Origin: Parcubacteria group bacterium
Lineage (GTDB): Bacteria > Patescibacteriota > Minisyncoccia > Moranbacterales > UBA11712
DNA: 64,000 nucleotides
NCBI GenBank assembly: GCA_041659065.1
Contig: JBAZYY010000003.1
Location: forward strand, 20,696-84,695
Reading direction: 5' to 3'
Shown here: positions 19,361 to 30,649 of the stretch, piece by piece
How the letters are laid out: the number at the start of each line of letters is the position of its first letter
Numbering within the stretch: the stretch's first letter is position 1
Program-made: the position numbers and the translations under genes
Notes under the pieces: model-generated
Told to the model about the DNA's origin: nothing
What the model saw: only the letters and a program-made list of their open reading frames with translations
Databases searched by the model: none

Positions 19361-19903
19361 TCAGAACTCGATTGTCAGCCGGCTTCTATCAACCGGCTCA
19401 TTTTTTTCAAGGTCCACTAAGGCTTCAAATAGGTCTTTGCCAACGAGCCGGCCGCTGCGATCGTGCCAACGCAGCTTGTCTCTCTGATAAAAGTATCCTT
19501 TCTTTTTGAGGAGAGTTTTGAGCGTAGCTTTGTTCAGCTCTCGAAAAGGAATTTCATTTCCCGTCCCGACCCAAACGGCCAGGCGCATTCTTCTTTTGAG
19601 CAAATTCGAAAGCTCGAGAGATTTCCTTTTCTTGCCTCTCTCGGGTAGGTATTTTTCATACCCCGGTCGAAGCTTGGCCAGCAGGCGCAAGGATTTTTCA
19701 TAAGTTGCGTCCTCTTCATCATCCACTATTTTCTTTCTCCTCTCAAGAGGGCTGATCTCCTTTTCTTCCTCACCCAGGCCCTCAGCGCTGTTCATTAGCT
19801 TGTAAACTGCCTTGTGCAAAGCTTTTATGAAAGCAATTGTGAACCTATCTTTGATTTTTCCGTCATGAACCATGAGGCTCAATAAGCTCTTTATTTTTTC
19901 CAT
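19361..19903 (-). CDS. hypothetical protein
   Basis: 180-aa basic ORF with AAGGAGG SD. Confidence 0.7.
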   Translation of the reverse strand: MEKIKSLLSLMVHDGKIKDRFTIAFIKALHKAVYKLMNSAEGLGEEEKEISPLERRKKIVDDEEDATYEKSLRLLAKLRPGYEKYLPERGKKRKSLELSNLLKRRMRLAVWVGTGNEIPFRELNKATLKTLLKKKGYFYQRDKLRWHDRSGRLVGKDLFEALVDLEKNEPVDRSRLTIEF

Positions 19904-19998
19904 CGCCCCCTCCTTGAATTAATTGCGATACCAAAAAATAGCATTCTTATTGCTATTTGTAAAGATGTTCCCGGGACAGGTATCCTACGCTTAGCATC

Positions 19999-20313
19999 CT
20001 ACGCCAGGGGCTTCGGAGCGCCATGCTTCGGACTACTCTTGCGTCCGAGTAAAAAATCCTTAGCCAAGGCTACTGATAATAAACGCTTATATGCAAATGC
20101 TTTTCCTGAACCAGATTTCAAATATTGCTCAAAATCTCTAGCTTGTTTTTCAGTCTCAAAAGCGGAGTACCAAACCAATCTCCAAGGCAAATGAGGTTTT
20201 GTCGATTTCACATTGCCGGAATTGTGTAATTTTATTCTCTCTTTAAGATTATTTGTTGAACCAAAATAAAATATATGAGATTTTGAGCTAAGTAAAATAT
20301 ATGTATAGTGCAT
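19999..20313 (-). CDS. small GIY-YIG nuclease (Slx1/UPF0213-like)
   Basis: YTYIL...FYFGSTNNLKERIKLHN...EQYLKSGSG; start probably MHYTY. Confidence 0.88.
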   Translation of the reverse strand: MHYTYILLSSKSHIFYFGSTNNLKERIKLHNSGNVKSTKPHLPWRLVWYSAFETEKQARDFEQYLKSGSGKAFAYKRLLSVALAKDFLLGRKSSPKHGAPKPLA

Positions 20314-20527
20314 AACAAAAACCAAGGCTAATAATAGAATAGTATACCATAGTGGCATGCCATTCCGTAGCCTTGGCGAAGGATGGCTCCCTGAGCCGGT
20401 CTAGAACCGGGGATTATTGACGTTTTCAAGGAGCTTTCGGGGGTTTACGATTTTTGGAAATTTGAAGAGGATCGGTCGCAATTCGAAAAGCAAAATGAGA
20501 CAAATGAGACACGAGACAGCACTTGTC

Positions 20528-21634
20528 TCATTTTGAAGAATGGGACATCTCCCTGTCTCTTTTTTTGAGATCACTTTCAATAAGCTTTCTTAAATTTTCT
20601 TCGCCTTCTACTCCCCTGAGGCGTCCCGTAAGAAATCCCAGGCGATATCTGGCTCCATCGCTCATCAGACGCCAATTCGTGCCTTCTAGAGCTTTCTTGA
20701 AGATTTTTTGAAGCTCGTGGACACTGTCCCATTCGGATCGGCCGGATTTGGAATCTTGCAGGCCAAAGCCCAAAATAACATCTTTTTGAAGTTCAGGTTT
20801 TTCAAATTCTAGTTTAGCGTAACCTGCTTTCTTAAGAATCGGATCAAGGAGTTTTTGAAGCTCTGAAATGGTAAGATTTTTTATATTATCAACGGCTTCA
20901 TAGAGTTCTTTGTTTTCTTCTTTTTCTTTCCAGTCATCCATAAGTTTCCCCATGCTTTCAATCTGACTCATAATCTCGTATCCTTCCTGCTCCGGAAGGC
21001 AGTATTTCTTTCGATTGGCTTCAAAGTCGGGATCAATCTGTTCTTCTTTCTCTTCGGCCAAATCTAGTGTGTCAATTTCTATGTGGCCGCATTGTGGGCA
21101 GGAATATTTTGTAGTAATGATATTATCTTTTCTTCTGCTTTCTGATTGCGCTTCCGCTTTGCATTTTATGCAAATCGGCTTATGCTCCCATTCTTTTCCG
21201 TTTTCCCAATATGCTCGACGCTTACCGCATTTCTTGCACTCAAACATAAAAAGGACTTCCTCTTTTCCTTGATGATTGTTCATAAGATCGCGGGACGTGC
21301 AATTTTTCAAAAGTGAGCTGCAATTGAGGCATCGAACACCTTGAGGTTCCCGGGCATTGGCAATTTTTTCGTCCTTGGCTTGATCTCGCTTCATCCATTC
21401 CTGGATCACTTCCGATTTTTTTGAAGCGTAATCGGCCTTCATAATGTTGAGGACAAGCGGAACAGCCGCTTTTTTGAAGTATTCTTTTTTTATCTTTGCC
21501 AGCTTTTTTTCTTTGCCCTTAAGCTTGGAAATGTCTTTTGGATATTTCGTGTTATCCCAACGTTGGCATTTTTCAATAGTGAGTTTGTCGTAGAGCTCGC
21601 TGTAATAAGTGTGATCTTTGAGATATTGATACAT
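20528..21634 (-). CDS. hypothetical protein with four CxxC Zn-ribbon motifs
   Basis: CLNC, CKKC, CIKC, CPQC. Confidence 0.75.
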   Translation of the reverse strand: MYQYLKDHTYYSELYDKLTIEKCQRWDNTKYPKDISKLKGKEKKLAKIKKEYFKKAAVPLVLNIMKADYASKKSEVIQEWMKRDQAKDEKIANAREPQGVRCLNCSSLLKNCTSRDLMNNHQGKEEVLFMFECKKCGKRRAYWENGKEWEHKPICIKCKAEAQSESRRKDNIITTKYSCPQCGHIEIDTLDLAEEKEEQIDPDFEANRKKYCLPEQEGYEIMSQIESMGKLMDDWKEKEENKELYEAVDNIKNLTISELQKLLDPILKKAGYAKLEFEKPELQKDVILGFGLQDSKSGRSEWDSVHELQKIFKKALEGTNWRLMSDGARYRLGFLTGRLRGVEGEENLRKLIESDLKKRDREMSHSSK

Positions 21635-21637
21635 CTT

Positions 21638-24600
21638 TTATTTCTTATTCAATTCCCAGTATTTGCTAGGATTTCTATCAAAAAGGTTTTTTATAATTTT
21701 CTTGGCATCTTTGTCTGATTTAGATAATTCCTTTACTGCGGATACTATTGCATCTGATTCGTGTAAATCTATTTCGTTGGGAAAAGAAAAAAATATATTT
21801 GCAACTTCCATAAATTTATCTTTTCCCATTTTTTCATTAATAAGCTCCAATATCCTTGAATGATATAATGTGGGATACCATCTCACTTCTGAAAGATTTC
21901 CAGATTTTTTTGTTTCTTCATAGAAAGCGGCTTCATTTTTCAAACATTTAAGAAGCAAGTCGTACCAAGCATCCAGATGTTTATTGGCTTTTTCTTGAAG
22001 TTTTTTTTCTATAGTTTGGTAAACAAGATTATATATATTGTGGGCATACTTATCAGTCATAAAATTGAAATATTCGAGAGCGAGACTTTCATATTCATCA
22101 ATCTTGTTCTCTTTGACTGCAATCTCTCGCATTAGGTGTTCGACAGAGGCAGCAAACTTGAAGCAACTATCGGGATCTTGTTTTTGCATATCCTTTATTA
22201 TTTCTTTTGTTGCTTTTTTGAATTTCTTGTCATTAAATTTATCTGGCCCAAGATCATCATAAAGTACTGGCGAACTAAATCTCCATTTTTTGTAGGCATC
22301 TTTTCTAAATTCAGCAAGATATATAAATAAGGATGCCGCTTCATCAATCGCTTCTATCGGAAGTCTTCTTAAATTGGTAACTAATTTCCATGAATCAGCC
22401 TCATTTAGCGATCTTATTGGGTCAAAAGCATGTAATATACTTTTTGTCATTGCTTTTTGAACATTAACTGGCCATGAAGCAAGCCTGTCCAATAGATCAA
22501 ATGCTATTCTTTCCACTTTCTTTGACATTTTTAATGCTTTCTTTTTATCATCATTAAAGAAAAGGGTATTTCTATCCGAGGGCAAGACAGTCAGCCTGTT
22601 TCTTGCGAGCTGTCCTAGAGCAAAACAAGCCATGTGCGTAACATAGTAATTTTCATCTACAGTAAGTTTTTTCGTCAGATTTATTATTTCGTTAAGTTGC
22701 TTCCGTCCTTCGAGAATTGGGCATTTCATTAATGTCCATCCGCACCATCCTCTAACTGAGGTTATTGTGCTCGGCTCTTCTCCTTGCTCGATTTTTTTAT
22801 GCTCATTATATTTATCTTCTTTATCATTGGGATCTTTACCTGAAAGATATGGATCGGGATCATCAATAAAAACTTTAATAATTCTTATTGCCTTATCTAT
22901 TTGTTTGTGGGCAGCCAGCCTCACTGCAAATTGGACAAATGCATAACGACAACTATCATCAGAAAATCTCTGGTAAATTTTTTTGATATCATCTCCAGTG
23001 GATTTCAGATATGGATCTATAATATCCTTATAAATTTTATTCAAAAATGTTGGGTCGGTAGCTTGATCATTTCCTCTATTATTAAATAGGCTATAAGCAA
23101 AGATTATTTGCTGACTTTTATTTAGTTTTTTCTCTCCTTCTAAATCCCTAAGTATTTTTAGTCCCTTAGTGTAATCTTTATTTAAAATGTCGTGAAGCAG
23201 CCCCGCTACATCATAAGCGCCAAATGTATCTCCTTTTTCTGATTGGACATATTCACTTTTCAAAAAGGATTTAAATAATTCAACAGAAAAATCAATATCG
23301 ACATCCAAAAAAGCTTTGATACTTGAGACGGAGTCAATTTCAAGTAAGCGATGCTTGTAATAGTCCGGGCTAGCAAACCATTTTTTTAGCTCAGCTTTTG
23401 CTTTTGTATGACTATTTTTTGCAAGATTAGTTACGATCTGTTCCACAAAGGGATTTACAGGCACTCCATATTTTTTTGTTGTTAACTCAGCTAGTCTCCA
23501 TTTTTTGTCATCAATTAAATCGCTACCGATAACTGCTTGATAAATCAAATCAGATTTGTGCGGAATACCTCTTCTGGAAAGAATGAGTTCTCTTAAAATT
23601 TCAAACGCTTCTCCAGACGTTTTCTTATCAGCACTGGCATATCTTTTTAATACAATATGATAAACAGAGCGATTAAGAAAATCTGGCCTTCGTTTCGAAA
23701 CTGGTTTTGTAATTACTTTATTTTTTGTTTTTTTATCGGTCTTGCTTAAACATCTTTCTTTGATAAAATTCCAACAGTCCTTTTCATTTTTTGCATAATA
23801 TTTATCAATGGCACAAGTAAATACATTGACAAAGTGACGATCATATACATGATGCGAACCACTGAAAGATATTCCTCCGCCAGAATGTTCCCAGCCATCA
23901 AAGCTTATATTTTTGCTATATGTTTTATAGAACTTATCATACTGATTAACAACTTCCTTAACTAACCTTTCAAAACGATCAAGAAAATATTTCGTCTTGG
24001 CTCCTTTATTAATCCAATCAATAAGAATGTCAAAAACCTCCTTAGGAGAGTAATGGCTGAATTGGCTGTCGTCTTCAACAATATTAAAAACATTTATAAT
24101 CAAACGAATAGTTTTTTCTTCTATATTGGAGCCCCCAATATTATAAATTCTGTGTAATGACTTGCAGATCTCTTCTTTTTCCCATTTTCCATGATCATAG
24201 TCATTGTCTTTGATATAGAAAAATTGCTGACCATCAAACGTCAATAAATCCTTTACAATAATAAATGCATCATCAAGATACCTTTTCCCATTTTTACTAT
24301 CAATAATTTTTGTAAGTATTTTAATAACATCAACATCAAAGAAATCTGAGCGATAAAAACCTCGAATTGTTTTAGTATATTTTTTTATGTACCCAAGTAC
24401 ATATTTTATATTTTTTTCCGTTTGCAGATTATTTTCAAAAACGTCAAAAATACCAAATGTAAAATGATATACCTTATTCAACTGCCATAACTTATCCCAC
24501 TTTTTTAGATCAAGGTCGGTTCGTGTTTTGAGTCTGTCGATGGCAAACGACATTAAATCCCAACGAATAGAGAAAGCGGATATCGAACGGCTACCTAATG

Positions 24601-25300
24601 TAATTTTTCCGTTTCCATTAATAATTTTTTCTAATGCCACAAATTGCTTCTCTCTCTTTATTTTCAGATTAAAATAATCACTACTTGTTTGGATTTCTTT
24701 TTTAAATTTTTCTATTTCTTCAACAATATTCGTTCTATTATATGTCGCTCCACTTGCTGATCCTTTATAAATTTTTTGAATTAAAATATTGTCAACAAAT
24801 CTTTCAATATCCTCCGGTGGAAGCCAAAAATTGATTAGTTCTGCAAATAGAGAATAAATTACATCCTCGTTAAAAGATGCTGGAACTACCCAAAACTGAA
24901 CTTTTGGCAGGAGAGATAATAATTGAGATGAGTAACCCTTTTTAGCAAATTTATTTTGAAGTTGTTCAAAATACTTAACATTGTGAACATTGGAAATTAA
25001 GTCAGTATTCGCTTTACTACATATAATAAGTATTTCATCTTTATCACCTAATGATCCCTTTTTCACAATATTTTCCAACACCTCTTTAAGATGTGGGTAG
25101 CTGAATTTTTCTTTTCTGTCTTTTGATTCGCAAATAATCTTTTTGCCATCGTCAAAAACAAGATTAAAGTCCTCAAAGTTTGTTGCTTCAAGCTGAATAG
25201 ATAAAAATTTTGGATCACGCAGATGCTGAAAAAACAAAGACATTGCAGCCCATGCCTGTGCATTTATTCCTTTATAATTGTATTGTCCTGCTTTACTCAT
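21638..25300 (-). CDS. large protein: N-terminal PD-(D/E)xK-like nuclease domain + alpha-solenoid (HEAT-like) body
   Basis: G.NAQ...LE...EDF...ICESKD resembles Cap4/DUF4297-type nucleases; rest looks helical; no Walker A seen; AT-rich. Confidence 0.6.
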   Translation of the reverse strand: MSKAGQYNYKGINAQAWAAMSLFFQHLRDPKFLSIQLEATNFEDFNLVFDDGKKIICESKDRKEKFSYPHLKEVLENIVKKGSLGDKDEILIICSKANTDLISNVHNVKYFEQLQNKFAKKGYSSQLLSLLPKVQFWVVPASFNEDVIYSLFAELINFWLPPEDIERFVDNILIQKIYKGSASGATYNRTNIVEEIEKFKKEIQTSSDYFNLKIKREKQFVALEKIINGNGKITLGSRSISAFSIRWDLMSFAIDRLKTRTDLDLKKWDKLWQLNKVYHFTFGIFDVFENNLQTEKNIKYVLGYIKKYTKTIRGFYRSDFFDVDVIKILTKIIDSKNGKRYLDDAFIIVKDLLTFDGQQFFYIKDNDYDHGKWEKEEICKSLHRIYNIGGSNIEEKTIRLIINVFNIVEDDSQFSHYSPKEVFDILIDWINKGAKTKYFLDRFERLVKEVVNQYDKFYKTYSKNISFDGWEHSGGGISFSGSHHVYDRHFVNVFTCAIDKYYAKNEKDCWNFIKERCLSKTDKKTKNKVITKPVSKRRPDFLNRSVYHIVLKRYASADKKTSGEAFEILRELILSRRGIPHKSDLIYQAVIGSDLIDDKKWRLAELTTKKYGVPVNPFVEQIVTNLAKNSHTKAKAELKKWFASPDYYKHRLLEIDSVSSIKAFLDVDIDFSVELFKSFLKSEYVQSEKGDTFGAYDVAGLLHDILNKDYTKGLKILRDLEGEKKLNKSQQIIFAYSLFNNRGNDQATDPTFLNKIYKDIIDPYLKSTGDDIKKIYQRFSDDSCRYAFVQFAVRLAAHKQIDKAIRIIKVFIDDPDPYLSGKDPNDKEDKYNEHKKIEQGEEPSTITSVRGWCGWTLMKCPILEGRKQLNEIINLTKKLTVDENYYVTHMACFALGQLARNRLTVLPSDRNTLFFNDDKKKALKMSKKVERIAFDLLDRLASWPVNVQKAMTKSILHAFDPIRSLNEADSWKLVTNLRRLPIEAIDEAASLFIYLAEFRKDAYKKWRFSSPVLYDDLGPDKFNDKKFKKATKEIIKDMQKQDPDSCFKFAASVEHLMREIAVKENKIDEYESLALEYFNFMTDKYAHNIYNLVYQTIEKKLQEKANKHLDAWYDLLLKCLKNEAAFYEETKKSGNLSEVRWYPTLYHSRILELINEKMGKDKFMEVANIFFSFPNEIDLHESDAIVSAVKELSKSDKDAKKIIKNLFDRNPSKYWELNKK

Positions 25301-26118
25301 GTTTGATGGGCTTGTTCATATTTAGTCAGAAAGTCTGTTATTTTGCTTGCCAATTGGTTGCAATCCTCAAGAACACTTGAATTATCAAGCACACCTAGAT
25401 TATCTCCATTAGTAATGCCAACCGCTTGTTTCTTTTTTATACCTTCATAAAGATTTGCAATTTCAGTAAGTGAGCAGGAAAGGGCCATAAATTCTGGATT
25501 TCTACCCAAACTGCGATCTTCCAAATATCCTTTCAGGGATTTTAAATATAAGACATCTATATGGTCTGGATTAAACCTAGCATTATTTATTTTAGTGAGA
25601 TCTCGCTGAAGATCGCCAATGTTTTTGGGATCGAATTTATTTATTAAAAACTTTTCTCTAATTTCGTTTCCGTCATGAATTGGAATATTTTCTCCATTAC
25701 CTCTCTTGTATATTTTATGTTCTGTAATATGCGGCCTCACAAAATATGGTGAAGGAAATATATAGACACAATACACAAATAGCATTCTTTTCCTTGGAAT
25801 TTTAAAAGTTTTTATATCCCACCCATTGTCAGATATGGCTGGTAGAATATTAGCATTAATAATACGACTTATTTTTGTCCTTAAGTCAGTCACCTTACCA
25901 ACGCCAATAATATTTTTCGAATCGTCAACTCCAAAAATAATTATGCCTCCATTAGTATTGGCATAAGCGCAGAAAGTATTTCTTATTCTTTGATTTTCTA
26001 AGTTAATTATTTTTTTCCATTCATGCCACCAACATTCTTGACTATCTAGATCCCTTAACCAAGATTGAAAATCATCGAATTCCCAAGTTGTTATTTTTTT
26101 CCAATCCATTTTATTCAA
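25297..26118 (-). CDS. Schlafen/AlbA_2 domain protein
   Basis: EWK...CAYANTNGGIIIFGVDD...IYKRGNG. Confidence 0.85.
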   Translation of the reverse strand: MNKMDWKKITTWEFDDFQSWLRDLDSQECWWHEWKKIINLENQRIRNTFCAYANTNGGIIIFGVDDSKNIIGVGKVTDLRTKISRIINANILPAISDNGWDIKTFKIPRKRMLFVYCVYIFPSPYFVRPHITEHKIYKRGNGENIPIHDGNEIREKFLINKFDPKNIGDLQRDLTKINNARFNPDHIDVLYLKSLKGYLEDRSLGRNPEFMALSCSLTEIANLYEGIKKKQAVGITNGDNLGVLDNSSVLEDCNQLASKITDFLTKYEQAHQT

Positions 26119-26175
26119 CCTTTATATACGACCGAAATTATTATATAAAAGTGAAAAAAGATTTATTGTATATTT

Positions 26176-29100
26176 TTACTCTCCGCTCCAATCTTTACAC
26201 AAAACCTCGGCCTGCTCTAAAACGGTTTTGGTTGCAAGCTCTTGTTTGTCCGGCGGATATTTATATTTATTAAGCAGTTTCTTCACATACACTCGAAGCT
26301 TCGCCCGGACGCTTTCTTTGAGCGTCCAATCGATTGTGGTATTTTTGCGGAGCATGGCTACCAGTTCTTGAGCGATTTTCCGTAACGTCTCGTCGCCGAG
26401 TTCCCTAACTGCGCTTTCGTTGTCGCAAAGAGCATCATAGAAAGCCACTTCATCCTCGGTGAGATTCAATTCACCGCCCCGATCTTTTTCTTCTCTTATT
26501 TTTTTCGCCAGTTCCACCAGTTCGGCAATCACTTGAGCCGCTTCGATTGTTTGGTTCTGATATTTCCTGATCGTTTCCTCAAGCATTTTGGCGAACGAGC
26601 GGGATTTGACCAAAAACTTTCTCTGCATCGTCAAAATCTCGTCATTGAGAAGTTTTTTGAGAAGTTCGAGGGCGACATTCTTATGTTCCAGCTCTTTTAC
26701 TTCCTGCAAAAATTCATCCGACAAAACCGAAACATTCGGAGTTTTTAGTCCAGCGGCATCAAAAATATTCACGACCTCATCTGAAACTACCGCGTTGGAA
26801 ACAATTTGCTTTATTGCTTGATCATAATCATCCTGTGTTGGTCCGCCTTGTCCTCCGCTTTGATCAAGTTTAATAATAATCGCCCGCACGGCTTGAAAAA
26901 ACGCCACTTCATCCCGAATCTTCAAGGCTTCGTCGCTGGGAACCGACAGCGAGAAAGCATAGGATAATTCGGTCACAGACTGCAAATATCTTTTCTTGCC
27001 GTCTTCCAATCCCAAAATATAGTCCGTGGCGCCAGAGATAACTCTTGTTTTATCGGCGGCCTTGTCGCTGAAATATAGAGCGTAATCAAATTTGTGATAC
27101 ATGTCTTTGACTATCTCGTATTTCTCAAGCATCACGGCGATCGCTTCTTCTTGCGGAATGGTCGGCTGTTCTTTTCCTTCCTTGGTATAATTTGCCAAAG
27201 CTTCTTTGAGCGAGGGAGCAATACCGAGATAATCAACAATCAGCCCGCCCGGCTTGTCTTTGTAGACCCGGTTTACTCGGGCAATAGTTTGCATCAAGCC
27301 ATGCCCCTTCATCGGCTTATCAATATACATCGTGTGGAGCGACGGGGCGTCAAAACCCGTGAGCCACATATCCCGAACAATCACGAATTTCAATTCGTCT
27401 TTCGGATCTTTCATGCGGCTTGCCAGAAGCTCCCGTTCATCTTTCGTGTGAATATGCTTTTGAAAATTGGCCGGATCGCTGGCCGAACCCGTCATTACAA
27501 CCTTGATAAACCCTTTGTTGATATCATCGCTATGCCAGTTCGGACGAAGCTTCACAATTTCCTCATAAAGTTCCACGGCGATTCTGCGACTCATCGCCAC
27601 AAACATTCCCTTGCCCTCCATAGCGTCAAGTCTGGCCTCGAAATGATCAACGACATCTTTAGCGATAAGCTTGATACGTTTCTCCGATCCGACCATCGCT
27701 TCAAGGCGCGCCCACTTGCTTTTGAGTTGTTCTTTTCTGGAAACCTCCTCGCCCTCCGTGAGTTCTTCAAATTCAGTATCAATTTTCGGGGTCTCTGATT
27801 TGAGGAGCTGAATTTTCGCCAGTCGTGCTTCATAATATATCGGCACGGTGGCATGATCTTCGACGGCTCGCGAAATATCATACACATCAACATATTCGCC
27901 AAATACCGCCCGTGTGTTTTTGTCAGTGAGCTCAATCGGCGTTCCCGTGAATCCGATGAATGAGGCGTTTGGCAAAGCGTCGTGCATATGACGAGCAAAA
28001 CCGTCAATGAAATCATACTGACTTCGGTGGGCTTCATCGGCGATCACCACAATATTTCGTCTGTCAGATAAAAGCTGGTGTTGATCGTTCTTATTTTCCG
28101 GAAAAAACTTTTGAATCGTGGTAAACACAACACCCCCCGAAGCAACGCTGAGCAAATCTTTCAAATCCGAACGATCCTTTGCTTGAACAGGAGTTTGGCG
28201 GAGGATCTCATCGCATCCGGAAAAGACTCCGAAAAGCTGATCATCCAAATCGTTGCGATCAGTAAGAATCACAAGTGTCGGGTTATCCAAAACTTGAATT
28301 ATTTTCCCGGCGTAAAAAACCATTGTAAGAGATTTTCCCGATCCTTGCGTGTGCCAAACCACTCCGCATCGGCGATCTCCCGATTCCCGTGTGGCTTCAA
28401 GAGTTTTCACAACCGCTTTGTTGGTCGCGTGATATTGGTGATAAGCCGCCAGTTTTTTGATAGTATTTTTCCCGTCAGATTCGAAGACAACAAAATTGCG
28501 AATAATATCGAGGAAATGTTCTTTAGCAAATATGCCTCTGATCAGCACTTCCATTTCTGGAATGGAGGCTGGAGCCACAGTTTCGCCGTCAATCGTCCGC
28601 CATTTCATGAATCGTTCAAGATCAGCCGAAAGCGTTCCGACTCGCGCGTCTATACCGTCACTAATGACGCAAAACGAGTTATATGCAAAAAGTGAAGTAA
28701 TTTGCGCTTTGTAGGTTTGAATCTGATTGAAAGCGTTTTTGACCGTGGCGTTGGTGTCAGCCGGATTTTTGAGTTCAAAAACAGCCAGAGGCAGGCCGTT
28801 CACAAAAATGACGACATCCGGACGGCGATTGTGATTGTTTTCAATAACAGTATACTGATTGACCGCCAGCCAATCATTTTGATCTATATTTTTGGAATCG
28901 ATCAGATAAACTTTGTCACCCGCGATTGTTCCGTCGGTTCGACGATATTCCACATCCACACCTTCAACTAGCATTTTGTGAAAAGAATGATTGGTTTCCA
29001 AAAGGCTGGGGTTGGAATATGCGACATTGATTACTTTTTTAATGGCATCTTCTTGAGCTTCACTGGGAATTGTCGGATTTATTTTTGCCACAGCTGATCG

Positions 29101-29256
29101 CAAATGCTCAACCAAAACAATGTCCTTGTATGATTGCCGTTCCGGCGATTCACCATCAAAAGCGATATTGGGACCGAAAACAATCGAATAGCCAAGTTCC
29201 TCAAGCCATTCGAGGGCTGCGTTTTCCAAGTCTGATTCGGTGTATTTGTTTGTCAT
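26176..29256 (-). CDS. hsdR: type I restriction enzyme R subunit
   Basis: [54 protein letters not shown]. Confidence 0.97.
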   Translation of the reverse strand: MTNKYTESDLENAALEWLEELGYSIVFGPNIAFDGESPERQSYKDIVLVEHLRSAVAKINPTIPSEAQEDAIKKVINVAYSNPSLLETNHSFHKMLVEGVDVEYRRTDGTIAGDKVYLIDSKNIDQNDWLAVNQYTVIENNHNRRPDVVIFVNGLPLAVFELKNPADTNATVKNAFNQIQTYKAQITSLFAYNSFCVISDGIDARVGTLSADLERFMKWRTIDGETVAPASIPEMEVLIRGIFAKEHFLDIIRNFVVFESDGKNTIKKLAAYHQYHATNKAVVKTLEATRESGDRRCGVVWHTQGSGKSLTMVFYAGKIIQVLDNPTLVILTDRNDLDDQLFGVFSGCDEILRQTPVQAKDRSDLKDLLSVASGGVVFTTIQKFFPENKNDQHQLLSDRRNIVVIADEAHRSQYDFIDGFARHMHDALPNASFIGFTGTPIELTDKNTRAVFGEYVDVYDISRAVEDHATVPIYYEARLAKIQLLKSETPKIDTEFEELTEGEEVSRKEQLKSKWARLEAMVGSEKRIKLIAKDVVDHFEARLDAMEGKGMFVAMSRRIAVELYEEIVKLRPNWHSDDINKGFIKVVMTGSASDPANFQKHIHTKDERELLASRMKDPKDELKFVIVRDMWLTGFDAPSLHTMYIDKPMKGHGLMQTIARVNRVYKDKPGGLIVDYLGIAPSLKEALANYTKEGKEQPTIPQEEAIAVMLEKYEIVKDMYHKFDYALYFSDKAADKTRVISGATDYILGLEDGKKRYLQSVTELSYAFSLSVPSDEALKIRDEVAFFQAVRAIIIKLDQSGGQGGPTQDDYDQAIKQIVSNAVVSDEVVNIFDAAGLKTPNVSVLSDEFLQEVKELEHKNVALELLKKLLNDEILTMQRKFLVKSRSFAKMLEETIRKYQNQTIEAAQVIAELVELAKKIREEKDRGGELNLTEDEVAFYDALCDNESAVRELGDETLRKIAQELVAMLRKNTTIDWTLKESVRAKLRVYVKKLLNKYKYPPDKQELATKTVLEQAEVLCKDWSGE

Positions 29257-29258
29257 AG

Positions 29259-30164
29259 TTATATTTTTATAATTTTATCTTCCGTTGCCCTGTATTGTTC
29301 AAAGAATGGAAATGTTTTTTCTGAAAGCGGACTCGATGCAAGTGGATTATGCATCAAAACGCACTCACCGCCCATTTTTTCTCGACAACTCAAAACGGCA
29401 TCTTTGGAATAGATTACCGCACTTATTCCAGCATGTTTTGGATCTTGAAAAAAATCCATCGGCACAGGGCTCCCATTTTTTTTCGGAACTTCTTTTCGTA
29501 TTGACCAAAATGGCTTATCAAATTTACTATCTCCTTTTTTCTCTCCAGCTTTTAAAATACGGAATGTCTGGTATCCGATGCTAAACAGAACCTTGAGAAT
29601 AAGTGGTATTCCAGTATCAACATGATCCAGTGATGCTCTGTTGACGGCAATTATGAATATATCGTCTTTTTTGACTATTCCATCGGAAACATATTTTTGG
29701 TAAACCCTAAGCTTTTCATTTAATGAGTTCCTTAGACGAAATAACATTTGTTTTTCTGGGACATCTTGCAAAACACCGTATTGCACATCTGGCACATAAT
29801 TTTCACTGTCCTTGCTGCCTTTTTGCGGTGCTACGCATTCAATCCAAATCGTTTTGCCGCTTGTAACTAATTTGATGTCCGGACCGCTATCGCTCGATGA
29901 TATTTCAAAACCTTTCCCGAGAAGAACGCAAGCAAGATACATCTCCCAAGTCCTTTGATGAAAATTGCTTTTCACATCTATCAAAAAATTGCTATCTTTA
30001 TGCGGTTCAAATTGTTTATACATTTCATCAAAAAACTTCTTCCTGTCTGGAATAGATCCACTAGCAATATACCAACCATCGTAATTCGAATATTGCTTTT
30101 GCAAGCGCGCTAATTCCTCATTATTTTTTGTAACTGGAAAATTGTCGGTAAATAAACTTGGCAT
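29259..30164 (-). CDS. putative PD-(D/E)xK nuclease-like protein inside the R-M operon
   Basis: FHQRTWEMY...GPDIKL...IWIECVAP. Confidence 0.55.
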   Translation of the reverse strand: MPSLFTDNFPVTKNNEELARLQKQYSNYDGWYIASGSIPDRKKFFDEMYKQFEPHKDSNFLIDVKSNFHQRTWEMYLACVLLGKGFEISSSDSGPDIKLVTSGKTIWIECVAPQKGSKDSENYVPDVQYGVLQDVPEKQMLFRLRNSLNEKLRVYQKYVSDGIVKKDDIFIIAVNRASLDHVDTGIPLILKVLFSIGYQTFRILKAGEKKGDSKFDKPFWSIRKEVPKKNGSPVPMDFFQDPKHAGISAVIYSKDAVLSCREKMGGECVLMHNPLASSPLSEKTFPFFEQYRATEDKIIKI

Positions 30165-30184
30165 GTTATCTTACTCTTATTTTT

Positions 30185-30649
30185 CTACTTATAAACATTA
30201 GCGATAGACACATCAATAGTTTTCATTATTTTTGCATTAGCAGGAATAATATAGTTCATAGATAATTCATTTATAAGTTCGATTTGCTTTTTTGATTTTT
30301 CAATATTTCTTTTTTTAACATTTTTTATGCAAATATCTGGATTATTTTCAAAACAATGCCATTGAATTTCAACAGAATTTGAAAAATAAATTTTTACAAA
30401 ATCTTTTAAATCTTCCTGTTTATTTTTTTGGGAAAACCTAACATCTGCAATAACACAATTTTCTCTATTACCCAGCCTTTTGATAAGTTCGTCTTTAAAT
30501 TTACTATGCTTCATATCGCCTATATTATCTACGGCTTCCGCAAAAATATCATCAAAGGCATAAAAACCAAGCGGCTCCAACTTATTTTTCATGTAATAAG
30601 ATTTTCCTGAACCCGGCGAACCAATCACAACTATTAATATTGTTTTCAT
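30185..30649 (-). CDS. small P-loop kinase/NTPase
   Basis: VIGSPGSGKS Walker A, VIAD; very AT-rich. Confidence 0.75.
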   Translation of the reverse strand: MKTILIVVIGSPGSGKSYYMKNKLEPLGFYAFDDIFAEAVDNIGDMKHSKFKDELIKRLGNRENCVIADVRFSQKNKQEDLKDFVKIYFSNSVEIQWHCFENNPDICIKNVKKRNIEKSKKQIELINELSMNYIIPANAKIMKTIDVSIANVYK

